Positions 33,691-46,042 of a DNA stretch of 64,000 nt are shown here, piece by piece; positions within the stretch are counted from its first letter, which is position 1, and each line of letters begins with the position of its first letter. The notes under the pieces are model-generated. The model was not told the origin of the DNA, did not search any database, and saw only the letters and a list, made by a program, of their open reading frames with translations. The position numbers were made by a program, and so were the translations under genes. Origin of the DNA: Antechinus flavipes (lineage: Eukaryota); contig NC_067403.1 in the NCBI RefSeq assembly GCF_016432865.1, forward strand, positions 262,632,001-262,696,000, in the 5' to 3' direction.

Positions 33691-34039
33691 CTTAAAGTTT
33701 ACAGCTATCCCTTGTAGCTGTCCTTAATTTGGTTGCTAGTCTTTAGGCTATAGACTGCCCTAGGCTCTAGCCCAAATAGGCTTTAATTTCTTAAAAAAAC
33801 CAAAAACTCATTTAATCTTTTTTCTTTTTAATTTTGAGTTCCAATTCTCTCCTTCCCTACCAGCCTATCCTTTACTCACCGAGAAGACAAGTAATATATC
33901 AATTATATATGTGAAATACAAAACAATTGGCATATTAGCCTTATTTTTTTTAAGTAAGAAAAATAGAGTAAGACGATTATACAAGTTCCAATTCTTTGTC
34001 ACCACTAGGAGAGTTGCTACACATATTTTTACACATGTC

Positions 34040-34970
34040 TTTTTCCTTTTCTTTTTTTATTGAAGTTTTTTATTTTCAACATTTGACCGTTGAAAAACTT
34101 TGTGTTCTAATGTCCCCTCCTTACCCCCACCCCCTCCCCTAGATTACATTGGCATATAATCCAATATATGTAAAACATGGTAAAATATATGTTAAATCCA
34201 AAATAGGCATACATATTTATACAATTCTCTTGCTGCACAAGAAAAATCAAATCAAATTTTAAAAAATGAGAAAGAAAATAAAATATAAGCAAACAACAAA
34301 AAGAGTGAAAATACTATGTAGTGATCCACATTCAGTTACCACAGTTCTCTCTCTGGTGTAGATGGCTCTCTTCATCACAAGATCACTGAAACTGGCCTGA
34401 ATTATTTCATTGTTGAAAAGAGCTGTGTCCTGGTTCTGCTCACTTCCCTCAGCATCAGTTCCTGTATGTCCCCCCAGGCCTCTCTGAAATCATCCTGTTG
34501 GTCATTTCTTACAGAACAATAATATTCCATAACATTCACATATCATAACTTATTCTCCAATTGATGGGCATCCCCTCAGTTTCCAGTTTCTTGCCACTAG
34601 AAAAGGGCTGCCACAATATTTTTGCATATGTGGGTCACTTTCCCTCCTTTAAGATCTCTTTGGAATACAGGCCCAGTAGAAACACTTCTGGATCAAAGAG
34701 ACTACACAGTTTTATAACGTTTTGGGCATAGTTCTAAATTGCTCTCTAGAATGGTTGGATCCATTCACAATTCCACCAACAATGCATTAGTATTCAGTTT
34801 TCCCACATCCCCTCCAATATTTGTCATTATTTTTTCCTGTCATCTTAGCCAATCTGAGAGATGTGTAGTGATATCTCAAAGTTGTCTTAATTTTCATTTC
34901 TCTGATCAATAGTGATTAAGAACACCTTTACACACGACTAAAATGGTTTCAACTTCTTCATCTGAAATTT
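34040..34970 (-). mobile_element. LINE-1 3' end (ORF2 C-terminus plus 3'UTR)
   Basis: T-rich tail then reverse-complement L1 3'UTR and ORF2 (GAACAATAATATTCCAT, GATGGGCATCC, GATCAAAG...ATCTCAAAGTTGTCTTAATTT). Confidence 0.85.
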
Positions 34971-35339
34971 GTCTGTTCATTCTTTTTTCTTTTCTTTTGA
35001 CCTTTTTGAGATATAGACCTAGTAATGGTATTGCTGTGTCAAAGAGTATGCACAATTTGCTATTCCTTTGAGCTTAGTTCCAAAACTAAGTGCAACAGTG
35101 CATTAGTGTACCTATTTTTCCCTCATCCCCTCTAGCATTTGTCATTTCTGATAGATTTGAGATAATATCTCAGGGTGATTTGCTTTGCACTTATCCAATG
35201 AATAAACATAAAAGCATTTTTTTTCATATGACTATAGCTTTAATTTCTTCCAAAAATTACCTGTTCATGTCCTTTACCATTTATCAATGTGGGAAGGGCT
35301 CTTAATTTTATAAGTTTTACTCAGTTCTATATTCAACAT

Positions 35340-36320
35340 ATATTTGAGAAATTAAGTCTTTTAAAAATATTAAGTGTTTTATTTTTTCTGGTTATATATG
35401 TATTTTAATTTTTTAAAATCCACATTTCCTTATGAATCATGTTGGGAGAGAAAACTCAGAACAAAAGAGAAAAACCACAAGAGAGAAAAAACAGAAAAAA
35501 GAAATGAACAAAGCATGTGTTGATTTACAATCAGTCTCCATAGTGGCATTTTCTATCCGAAGTTTATTGGAATTGCCTTGCATCACTGAAACACTGAGAA
35601 GAACCAAGTCTTTCATAGTCAATCATCACACAATCTTGCTGTTACTATATACAATGTGTTGGAATACATGGGAGAGCTGCTGAAATACACGGGAGCCATT
35701 TGACAATGGCTGCTGGAGATCCATCCCAGAATGGATCCCATCTTGTGAGAGGATGATACAAGGAGACTGAGAGGCCATTGCTGCAGAGAAGCCTCTCTGA
35801 CTGAGAGGCCATGCATTATCTGATCTCCCTCCTCCTCCCCCCTCTGCCTCCAATTTATTTCATTCCCAGTCCACAACACCTGTGTCAGCAAAGGCTCCTC
35901 TGCAACTCCTTCAGACACTATGATCCACAGCTGTGGAATCTCTCAGAGAATTGACTGTCCCTTAACACAATGGATTCCTGGTTCTGCTTATTTTGCTCAG
36001 AATCAGTTCATGTAACTCTTTCCAGGCCTTTCTAAAATCAGCTTGTTCATCATTTTTTATAGAATAATAATATTCCATTATCTTCATACACCACAACTCG
36101 TTCAGTCATCCCCCAACTGATGGACATCTACTTATTTATCAATTCTTTGTTACCACAAAAAAAAAAAAACTGTTTCAAACATTTTTGCATCTGTGGGTCC
36201 TTTTCTCTCCTTTATGATTTACTTGGGAAACAGACCCAGTAGTAACACTACTGGATCAAAGGATATGTACAGTTTTATACCTCTTTGGGCACAGTTCCAA
36301 GTTTTTCTCCAGAATGGTTG
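35340..36320 (-). mobile_element. Older LINE-1 3' fragment, split by an LTR
   Basis: L1 3'UTR sequence (CAATCTTGCTGTTACTATATACAATG | GATTCCTGGTTCTGCTTATTTTGCTCAG) is continuous across the insertion. Confidence 0.8.
35657..35967. mobile_element. 311-bp solo LTR with perfect 5-bp TSD
   Basis: Begins TGTTGG and ends TTAACA; flanked by CAATG (35652-35656 and 35968-35972). Orientation uncertain. Confidence 0.85.
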
Positions 36321-37340
36321 GATCAGCAAAATGAGGTCTTCATGAGAGAAACTTGCTGTAAAAAGTACGATCTTATTTCATTGTCCATGGCGCCTTTTAG
36401 CAAAATGTAGTTTCCCTAACTATCCCTTTTAATTAGACCTATTTTTGCTTTTGTTTTGTCTTAGGTCATTATCACTATCTCTGCTTATTGGGTTTTTGTT
36501 TTTTCAGCTGAAGCATAATAGATGTGCTTCAGCACTTTATTTTAATTCTGTGTGTCTCTATGTAAACCCCGTTTAAATGCCTTAATAGTGGTCAAATTCA
36601 TAGGAATTACATATATCATGTTCCCATATAATAATATAAACAGTGTAACTTTGAGTCCCTTGTGATTTCTCTTTATTTTTTACTTTTTTATTCTTCTCTT
36701 GAGTCTTGTGATTTAATGTCAGATTTTCTATTCAGCTTTACTTCATTAAATATCCATTTCCCCCTGAAGGATTACTCTCAGTTTTACTTGGTAGGTGATT
36801 CTTTATTGTAATCCTAGCTCCTTTATCCTCTGGAATATCATATTTCAAGCCTCTATTTCCTTTACGCAGACTGTGTATGTGTAATAAAGTAGAAGATGTA
36901 TTTAAAATAATATAGAAGAATCTTATGTAATTCTAACTGTGGTTCTATGACATTTGGAGTATTTCTTTCTGGCTGGTTAAAATATTTTCTTTTTGATCTG
37001 GGAACTCTGGAACTCTTCATTTTGGTATCTGTGAATTCTTTCCATTTTTATTTTACTCTCTGATTCTGTTTTGTCAGGACAGTTTTCCTTGATAATTTCT
37101 TGAAATTTGTTGTCTAATCACTTTTTCTCTTTTTAAAATCATAGATTTCAAGTAGCCCAATAATTTTAAAATTATCTCTCCTTGATCTATTTTCTAGGTC
37201 AGTTATTTTTTCCATTAAACTATTGAACATTTTCTTCATCTTTTTATTCATTTGATTTTGTTTTATTGTTTCTTGATGTCTCATGGAGGCAATATCACCC
37301 ACTTGCTTAATTCTAATTTTTAAGAAGGAAATTTCATTTT
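36320..37340 (-). mobile_element. LINE-1 ORF1-region fragments
   Basis: The minus-strand ORF 37114-37302 (..EKITDLENRSRRDNFKIIGLLE) is an L1 ORF1 motif. Confidence 0.8.
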
Positions 37341-37346
37341 ATTTTA

Positions 37347-37354
37347 GCTTTGGG

Positions 37355-37398
<44 letters not shown>

Positions 37399-37500
37399 CA
37401 ATTGTGACTTGCCCAGGGTCACACAGCTATAAGTGTTAAGTGTCTACGACCAGATTTAAATTCAGGTCCTCCTGACTTCAGGGTCAGTATTCTATCCAAA
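37347..37500 (-). mobile_element. WSINE1-like marsupial SINE with (TG)n tail
   Basis: (TG)n then GTGACTTGCCCAGGGTCACACAGCTATAAGTGTTAAGTGTCT...AGGTCCTCCTGACTTCAGGG. A second copy lies at ~39505-39640 (-). Confidence 0.75.
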
Positions 37501-37744
37501 AAATGTTCTTTGGTGAGATTTTTTTCCAATATTTGATTGTTCCAGTTAGATATAATTTAAAAAAACATTTATATTTTCAAATTTTGAGTTTCTCTCTCCT
37601 TCTTTTCCCAGCTCATTGAGTAGGCAAGCAATTTTATATAACATATATACTATGCAGTCATGTAAAACACATTTATATAGTAATGTGTGAAAGAAAACAA
37701 CCCCAACCCCCCCCCAATAAAAATATAATTTAAAAAAATCTGCT

Positions 37745-38456
37745 TAAGCATAGATTCTGGGAAGATGGCAGACTAGGTTGGTAAATTTCAGACTCTCCTG
37801 ATTCCTCCCCAAATAGAACAAATTTATGCCTCAGGATGGAGGTTCATGAAAATAGACTCATATGAAAAATCAAGAAAACTAGGTACAGAACAGGGGTCCT
37901 TCAGATATAACCTGAGAATATCCCAAGAAGAAAGATCCAGGACTGGGATTAACCTGTCCTAAATGCAACACCTCTGGGCTAGTTTCCCAGAAACACCAAG
38001 TGGGGAGCCCCTGGGTGAGCTGGATGTGACTGGAACTTTAGGAGGAACTTTCAACTCCTGAACTTTTTGTGGAGTTAGGATCTGAGTCTGGGAAGACTGA
38101 GGGAATCTCAGCTAATTCAGAACACCAGGCCCAGCTGTGCTTCTGAGACAGCTGTGCTGTCTTGGATGAGAGGGAACCAGCACACTGCTGAGTGCAGAGG
38201 CAATGGGGCACACTGCTGGGTGCAGACATTTGCTGGAGGTTGGAGTTCTTGGTTTGGAGTTCCTGGCCAGAGGGAAGAGCTAAAGAGTAAAGAGGGAAGT
38301 GGTCAGAGGACTCCCCCCACCCCCACAGGATTAGAGGTGCTTACACTAATAACTCTTATTTTTTAAAAATGAACTTGCAAAGAAGAAAGAACCCCACCAT
38401 AGAAACATACTATGGTAACAGGGAAGGCCGGTGTTCATCTTCAGAAAAGGTCACCG

Positions 38457-38507
<51 letters not shown>

Positions 38508-38720
38508 TCCACCTCAAAGAGTAATATAAAATGGTTCCCTGCCCAGAGGGAATTTATCAAAGAACTCAAAAAAGAATTTAGAAGTCAAGTGAGAGACACT
38601 GGGGAAAAACTAAAAAAACCAAAACAAATAAACAAACAAGCCAAAAACCATCCAAGAAAAACTAGAAGATTATGGAAAAAAGTTAAGAAAGATTGGGGCA
38701 GAGTTAAGGTAAAAATAGCA
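37745..38720 (+). mobile_element. LINE-1 5'UTR and ORF1 N-terminus with an internal A45 run
   Basis: Starts ...TCTGGGAAGATGGCAGA (L1 5' motif). ORF1-like ATGAACTTGCAAAGAAGAAAG... is interrupted by poly(A) at 38461-38505. Confidence 0.7.
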
Positions 38721-40330
38721 ATTATGTCACACAAATGAGGTGCAGAAGAATAGGCACAGAAGCATTAGTGGGGGAGAAGACTTGTAGTTCTGAAAATATA
38801 CTCATATAGGGAATGGGTTAAATAGACAACACTACATATATATTATGAAGGCTATAGCACCCTCCAAAATCTATAAAGAGATAAGAGGGTAAGAATACAT
38901 GGACAGGGAAGCAAAGGGGAGGGAAGAAGACAAGGGAAGAATCAATGGATGGAGCGGGGCGTTAAGTAATAGCAAGGCAAGTTAGGGGCTGAATTAAAGC
39001 AAAGCGTCAACAGGGATAGGAAAGATGTCTGTGTCTATGTGTGGGGGTATTTGCGTGTGTGTGTATGTATATGTTTGTACATATCTAATATGTTTATATA
39101 TAAATATATCCTTTCTTAACTATAGCCTGCTTGGGGGTGGGGAAGTTGAAAGGGGGAAAATAAAAACAAAGCAAAAAAAGGTCCACAGCAGGGAACAAAA
39201 GAACACTTTACAAGGAAGTAAAAAAAAAGATGGACACTCATGAATATAATTTTTTCTACTGATATATATATATATATACTGATGTTCTCTCTCTTTTTTT
39301 TCTTTTTCTGTTTCTTTAAATAAAATAAATTTGGGAAAAATATGCTTTAATCTGCATTCAAGCTTCATCAATTTTTTCTCTGGAGGTGGACAGCATCTTT
39401 CATGATGAGTCTTTTAGAATTGTCTCACCTTCAGTGAAATTTTGTACCTTCTTTTCCACTTGGCCAATTCTGTTTGTTAAGGCATTCTTTTCTTTGTTTT
39501 TGTTTTTTTGGATAAACAATTAGGGTCAAGTGACATAGTCACAGAGCTAGGAAGTCTAAGTTCCTGAGGTCAAATTTGAACTCAGGTCCTTCTCACTCCT
39601 GGCCTGGTACTCTATGCACTGTGCCATCTAACTACTCCAACATTCTTTTCTCAGCAAATTTTTGTGCCTCTTTTACCATTAGATCAATTCTAGTTTTTAG
39701 GATATTATTTTCTTTATTTTTTGTGCTTCTTTACTAACTTGTTAATTCTTCTGTTCATAATTTTCTTGCACCATTCTTATTTTTTCCTCAGTATTCCTCT
39801 AACACTTTTGAAACTCTTCTAAGAATTCTTGTTGTGCCTTGATCCAATGAGAATTTTTCTTTGAGGTCTTGTTTGTAGCTGCTTTCATATTTTTTGTCTT
39901 CTTCTGAGTTAATGTCTTGGTATTTGTTGCCACTTTGATAGTTTTTAATAATCATTTAAATTTTTTTGATGTTTGTTTATTTTCTGGCCTATTTCTTTAC
40001 TTTCAACTTTAAGTCAAAGCTGGAGTGGAGGGAGGTACTCTCCTTAGCTTCAGGCTTTTTCATGCTGCTCTTTTCTGATCCAATTCTGGAGGTCAACAAG
40101 TTTTTTAGAATTTTTAAGTAGTATCATCTTGGAAGAGATGTGATCACTACTGTCTTGGTCTGTGATCTGATCTTTATTAAGGATGGTCCTTTGATGTCTT
40201 GCTTCACTCACCAAGTGTTCTTCTCTGTGAATCTGAGACCAGGGCTCCCTTGCTTGTTTGTTTTTGTTGTTGTCAGGTTTTTTTCTTTTTCCCAGCTATC
40301 AGAATTGAGCCTAGATAGTCTAGAAGTCCT
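38720..40330. mobile_element. Mosaic of old L1 fragments (both strands) and a SINE
   Basis: A-rich L1-like + strand segment to ~39230, then T-rich L1 ORF1-like - strand segments. Confidence 0.55.
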
Positions 40331-40674
40331 CAGTCTTCCTGGAAAGAGTATCTTTGACAACTGAAAGAATGGTCAGTGGCAAGGTGGTGGAATTGAAAGT
40401 TATAGGACATGGTTTGATATTTTCTCTTTGCCATTTGGGAGTTATGTGACCTTGAGCAAGCATCCCTCAGTTTCTTCATCAGTAAAATGGTGAAGTTGAA
40501 AAGAATGATCTTTAAGTTATTTCCATTTCTGGTTCTCTGACCTAACTTTGGTCAGTATTGAAAGAGAGATTTTTTTTGGTAAAAATGAAATCTCAGAATC
40601 TTGAAATATTGAAATGAGGGACTTATTCATTTCATCCCAACATCATGCCATGCCATATAATGTAATTAACACTT

Positions 40675-41373
40675 TGTAGGATTAATTTAGGCCCGAAATT
40701 CACTTTCAATAAGCAGACTTAAAAAGATGAAATACAGACGTTAATTACTGCTCAGAAACTTAATTTAAACAAGATATAAGAAAAAGAGGAAACATAGCAT
40801 AAAAGTAATATGCAATTAACAGAGACAGTGATTACCAAGACAATTTAAGAAACAGACAATAGACAACATACAACATACCTCTTCCCTATTTTGAGGAAGC
40901 TTCAACATCTGGACTCCAACAGCTGGGAGAGCTAGAGTCTCCACTAGGGCACAGGTATGTGTCCCTAACTGAGCTCTCTTCCTAACTGAGCTCTCAAAGT
41001 CCCTTTCCATTAAGGGTTTTTGGTAGGCTGAGAACAAAGAAGGAATTGTGCCAAATATTCCCATTTGATACATAAGCCTTGATATAGAACAGCCTTCCTC
41101 AGATACAGAATGTTTTATTGCAGGAGGTTCACTAAGAGAATATTTGTTTTTATTCCTTTAGGAGAACTCTTTGCTCCAGGAATTGGCCAGGTTCTGGGGC
41201 AATCATGGGCCTACCATTAAGGATGTTCATTAAGAACCAGAAAGATGGCCAGTCCTCCCACTGCCTCCTGAGCTTTATTAGATGGCAAGGAGTGTGTCCA
41301 AAGTTCTCAGCAAGTAACTTTACACAAAGGCATACCCAAGATTTACGGGCATTCCTCATTAGGATTCCCTACA
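40675..41373. mobile_element. Possible old solo LTR (~700 bp)
   Basis: Inverted termini TGTAGG...CCTACA and an internal duplication CCTAACTGAGCTCTC x2. The TSD is poor (CACTT / CTCCT). Confidence 0.4.
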
Positions 41374-43609
41374 CTCCTATTTGCTGCCTACTATCTATAT
41401 GGCACTATGGTAGGTGCCAAGGATAAGGACATAAAAACGAAAGTCCCTGACTGCAAGATATGTACATATATAACCAAAGCCACAGGCTGTGAGTTTACAC
41501 AGCTTGGATTTTGTACTTTCAGAATTCTTGAGAGCTAGCTCTTTGGCATGGGCCCCTCCCCACGTTTGATTCTCACAGACATTTGAATTTAGCTCATTAT
41601 TTGCCCTCCCTCCTGGGTATTCCATTCTTCAGCAAGCATCCAAGCACAATAGTATGATTCATGGGGAATGGGTATCTCACACAACAAAGGATATCGTTAA
41701 AATCCCACCTTCTACTGGAAGCATTTCCCAATCTCCCTTCATGCTTATTGCCTTCCCCCTAGTGAATAGCTTCAGCCCCCTCCTTTATACTGTAAGCTTT
41801 TCATGGATGGTGACTGTCCTTTGCCACTCTTTGTAACCCTAAGATTTAGCCTGGTGCCTGGCAGATAGTAGGTGCTTATTCAGTTCTTAGGTGCCTTGAC
41901 TGGATTCAGGTACTTGTGTAACTGTGCTTACTGTGCTACTCTGAGATTTGAAAATCTGGAAAACAAGAAATTAGGGTTCCTAAAGAACTGGCCAATCTTC
42001 CTAAATCCATTCTGTCCAGTTTGCTCGTTCCAGGGACAACGGAGTCCATGTTCTATCTCCAGACCTTGGCGCTCCTTGAGTTTAGACCTCCCCTGATCCT
42101 TGAGTCTTGAGTTGCCTGCTGGGCTGATCCCTTGATGTGGAGGGGGCCATTCCTCCACTGCTGCTGCAGCTGCTCTCCTTCTCTCCACCTTCTTGAACCA
42201 ATTTTCTCCCTTTTTTGCACATATTTGTGGCTTGGAATTTTTCTGGTCTCATCCAAGTTCTGGCTCAAGGACCTCCAGAAACTCTTCTTCCTCTAGGATC
42301 CAACCTCCTTTGCTCGGCTTTTAAACCGCATGATGAACTGACGCTAGCTGACCTTTCCAGCCTTAATGCAAACCACTCTCTTCCAGGTACCCCCTGGTCC
42401 TTCCAAAGTGGCTCAAACGTTCTGATGAACAGCATCTCTCTCTCCATCTCATTATCTTTATCCAGACTACCTCCTCTTCCTGGGAATCCCCTACTCATCT
42501 CCATCTCTTAGAACTTTTTGTTTCTTTTCAAAACTTGGCTCCTACATGAGCCTTTCCGGATTCCTTCCTCCTTTGTGCCTGGCACACAGTAGGTGCTTAA
42601 TAAACGTTTGTTGAATTGAATTGTCTGTTTCACACTGTGCTGCTCAGTAGGGACTTCTTGAGAGTGGGGACTGCTTTTAATGTTGTAATTATAGCCCCAG
42701 ACCTCTCACAGTGCCTGTTACATAGTAGAACCCGAATACATTTTGGTTAGATTGTATTAGACGGGCTATTCAAGATGGAGTTGTATTTGAGCTTAATCCT
42801 TCAACTTCTCCCTTGGGGCTTGGCCGAGCCCGCAGGCTGTGAGGTTCCCACTCAGTCTTCCCAGCTCAACTTTTTCATTCCCAGCTGGGTTAGGGTAAGG
42901 AAGTTAGGGGGCAAGAAGCGTGTGTCCATCTGGTCAACCCTTCTTCCTGAGTCCTTTTCAGATTAGGGGAAAGCATGGGAACTATTTTCTCCACCTTTCC
43001 GGCTCCCATTAGAGGATTGTAGCTTCGGGGCCAGAAGGAGCTTACCTCATGTCACAGAGAAGGAAACTGAGTTCAGAGGAAGGATTCCTTGTCACCTGGG
43101 TGGGGCGGGGCAAGAAAACCTGTGTCTGTGGATGAGCCCTCGGCCCGGACCTCATTCGCAGCAGAGGGCGACAGAGAGCAGCCCACGCTCTGCTCCGACC
43201 ACGTGTGTCCCACGCACTTGCGAGGTCCCTCCTTTATGTGGGCGCTCCCGGGATGGTGTGTCCTACATGGCACCGGGACCATGTCCTTGTTGGCAGGACC
43301 GGCAGGACCTCGGGCTGGCTGGACACGGCAGTCAGAAGCCAGTTCTGAAGGGGGGCTCACCCACAGAGTTGCTGCCTGGGCCATTTTTTTTGGGGGGGCG
43401 GCGCATTCAAAATTTCGCATCCAGCACAGTCACAATCTACGTGCTCAGAAGACAGAAGGAACCGAATTGTCTCAATGATTGGGAGGTGGGTGTGGGGGAA
43501 CACAGAAGCCAGTGTGAGCATGGACATCTTGGAAATCAACAGATGCTGCAAATCAAGGCCTGCTCCATTGGGGTTTTAAAAAATTGAATAGTTTTAAGAA
43601 AGTGATAGG

Positions 43610-43850
43610 GCAGCTAGGTGGTGTCATAATGGATACAGAAGTGGGTCTGCAGTCAAAAAGCCTCAGTTTCCTGAGTTCAAATCTCGGCTCAGACACTTCC
43701 TAGTTAGGCAAGTCACTTAACTCTCTTTGCCTCAGTTTCCTCATCTGTTAAATGAGCTGGAAAAAGAAATAGCAAGTCATTAAAATATCTCTGCCAAGAA
43801 AACTTCAAATGGGGTCAATGAGACACAACTGAAAAATGGCTAAACAACAA
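43610..43850 (+). mobile_element. MAR1-type marsupial CORE-SINE
   Basis: GGGCAGCTAGGTGG head, GAGTTCAAATC B-box, GCCTCAGTTTCCTCATCTGT core, and GCCAAGAAAAC...CAACTGAAAAATGGCTAAACAACAA tail. Confidence 0.85.
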
Positions 43851-45796
43851 GAAAGTGATGGAGAAAAGTTAACAGACTGTGCTTAAAAGGGTGTCAAGTG
43901 TTATTTATTTACCATATTACTATTATGGAAGGCAGGAAAGATCCAGAAGATAGACAAAGTATGTACCAAAAAAATTGAAAATAATATTGAGCTTGGGGGG
44001 GGGGTAGGAAGGAGGAAACAGAGAATCTAGGATATAGTTAAAGGATTTAAGCAAGATTAATTAACACTTGGAAGAAATAAAAAGCAAGAAGAAAATGTAA
44101 ACATTAAAAACACACAGGAAAAACAAAGCATGAATATTGAAATACTCAACAAAAAGACTGAGAGGAATGGGGGGGGTGACTGCTAGGAGGACTATAATAG
44201 GAAATTTGAAAAAAAATCAACAGGACCAACAACAGACTGTAAATTAAGACTTTAGACGACAGACAAGCTAAAAACAAAACAAGCTCAGAAAATGACTCGA
44301 CAACTGAGAGAAATGGGAAACCTGCAGACGCAAGTGTCAGACCTATTTGAGACAGAAATGCTGCCACCCAAGGATCACTGACGGCCCAGGACATTTAGCC
44401 AAAGGAAAGCATAGGAACATTTTGTTCCATGAAACAATTCTGGAGACCTTTCTAGAAATTTAAAAAAAGATAGCTATCCACCTGGAATTGGGACAACAGG
44501 TCATCCTTCCTACTTGGCTTTGGTCATGGATCTCCTCAGGTGCCAGGCTCTGCGCTATTCCTGGTACACTCAGCCCAATGCCATCTGCAGAACTCTGATG
44601 CCATTGGACCTGGCCATCTTCCCTGACAGGGGCATTCACCTGGGGTGAGCATATGTCTTCCTGTTTCCTTCTTCCTATCCCCCGCCCCCATCATGTTATT
44701 ATTTGCTATTTATTTGGCATGTACTTTGTCTATTTAGCCAAGTGTATTTTTTTAGTACCATTTCCATGTCTTCATGTATTGCAGCACATGAAAATAATCC
44801 CAATGTACAATTACAGATAAGATTTTTCTGAAGCCCCCACACCCAGGGGGCTATGCTGCAACTCCCACTCAAAACTCATGGAGCGTCTTGGGGGTCAATT
44901 GCCTTTTTGCCATTCAGGATTCTAGAGGGAACCAGGAAGGACTGAGAAGGACTCCCAATGGCTGCGTTTTCCATTGATTATTAGTCTTTTGGTACTAATT
45001 AGCTTGACAAAGCTAATTAAAATTATTTACTAAGGTATGATAGGAAGAATCATGTTCCCACAAAGTCTGGGACTCATTTTCCCACAAGTATATACAGAAG
45101 TTGGGGAGATGAGCCTGAAACTTAGAGAATGGGGTAACTGCCAGCTCTTGGTTATTGGGAGTCATTTTCTGCCTTTATGAAGCCCGCAGGAACTTTCCCT
45201 TTGCTTGATGACTCTTATTTGGGCTCCAGGTGTCAGTGAGTCTGCAGAGTCCAGAGGGTGCTTTTTCTTGGTCTTTCTGAGCCATATTTGAGGGACTTCA
45301 AATGATTACAAGTTTACGGTTAGGAAAGGAAAAGATAAAATAGGAGTCATTATTCACAGCTGAAGTTTACCTGGTGAAAAACATCCCCCTCAAAACAGGA
45401 GACTGAAAGGGCCCAGGAAATGCTTCCCACCATAATCCTTTCATCTCTTTGCCAAGTGAAATGATGGGTTATGGCAGCCAAGGACAGCTGTTTAGAATAC
45501 AGATTCATTGGTAAACTGGTATGGATGAAGAGGGTGGAAAATTATAAATGCTGGCCTCATAAAATGTTGGGGACCAGGAGAGGGAAAACAAATTTTCAAA
45601 AGGCTTGGAAAATGACCCAGCCAAGCCAAATGACCCATTGCCAATGGCATTGGGGAGGAAAGTGGGAAATATTTGTAAATAAAAGATGAGGAATCCCACA
45701 ATCACAAGACATTCCAGATTCTGGTATTTCTATCAGGTAAGAGGCTCTATTTGCTTGAGTTACACAATCAATTGAGTTACCCACTCAATGGGTCAT

Positions 45797-46042
45797 TGTT
45801 GCTGTTCAGTCATTTTTTTTCCGTAGTGTCCAATTTTTCATGGTCCTTTTTCAGGTTTTCTTGGCAAAAATGCTGGGTGATTTGCCAATTTCTTTTTCAG
45901 CTCATTTTATAGATGAGAAACTGAGGTAAACTGAGGTGTCCAGAGTCACACAGCTCCGAAATGTCTGAGGCCACATAAACTGGGAAGTGAGTCTTTTGAT
46001 TCCAAGCCCAATGCTTTGTACACTACAGCGCCGCCTAGTAGC
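45797..46042 (-). mobile_element. MAR1-type marsupial CORE-SINE
   Basis: Reverse complement of the same architecture (GTTGCTGTTCAGTCATTTT...TTCTTGGCAAA...AGATGAGAAACTGAGG...GCGCCGCCTAGTAGC). Confidence 0.8.

Noticed and set aside
46027-46042. CTCF-like motif in MAR1 SINE heads (also ~43610)
   Set aside because: The nearly invariant C at motif position 5 is mutated, so binding is unlikely.
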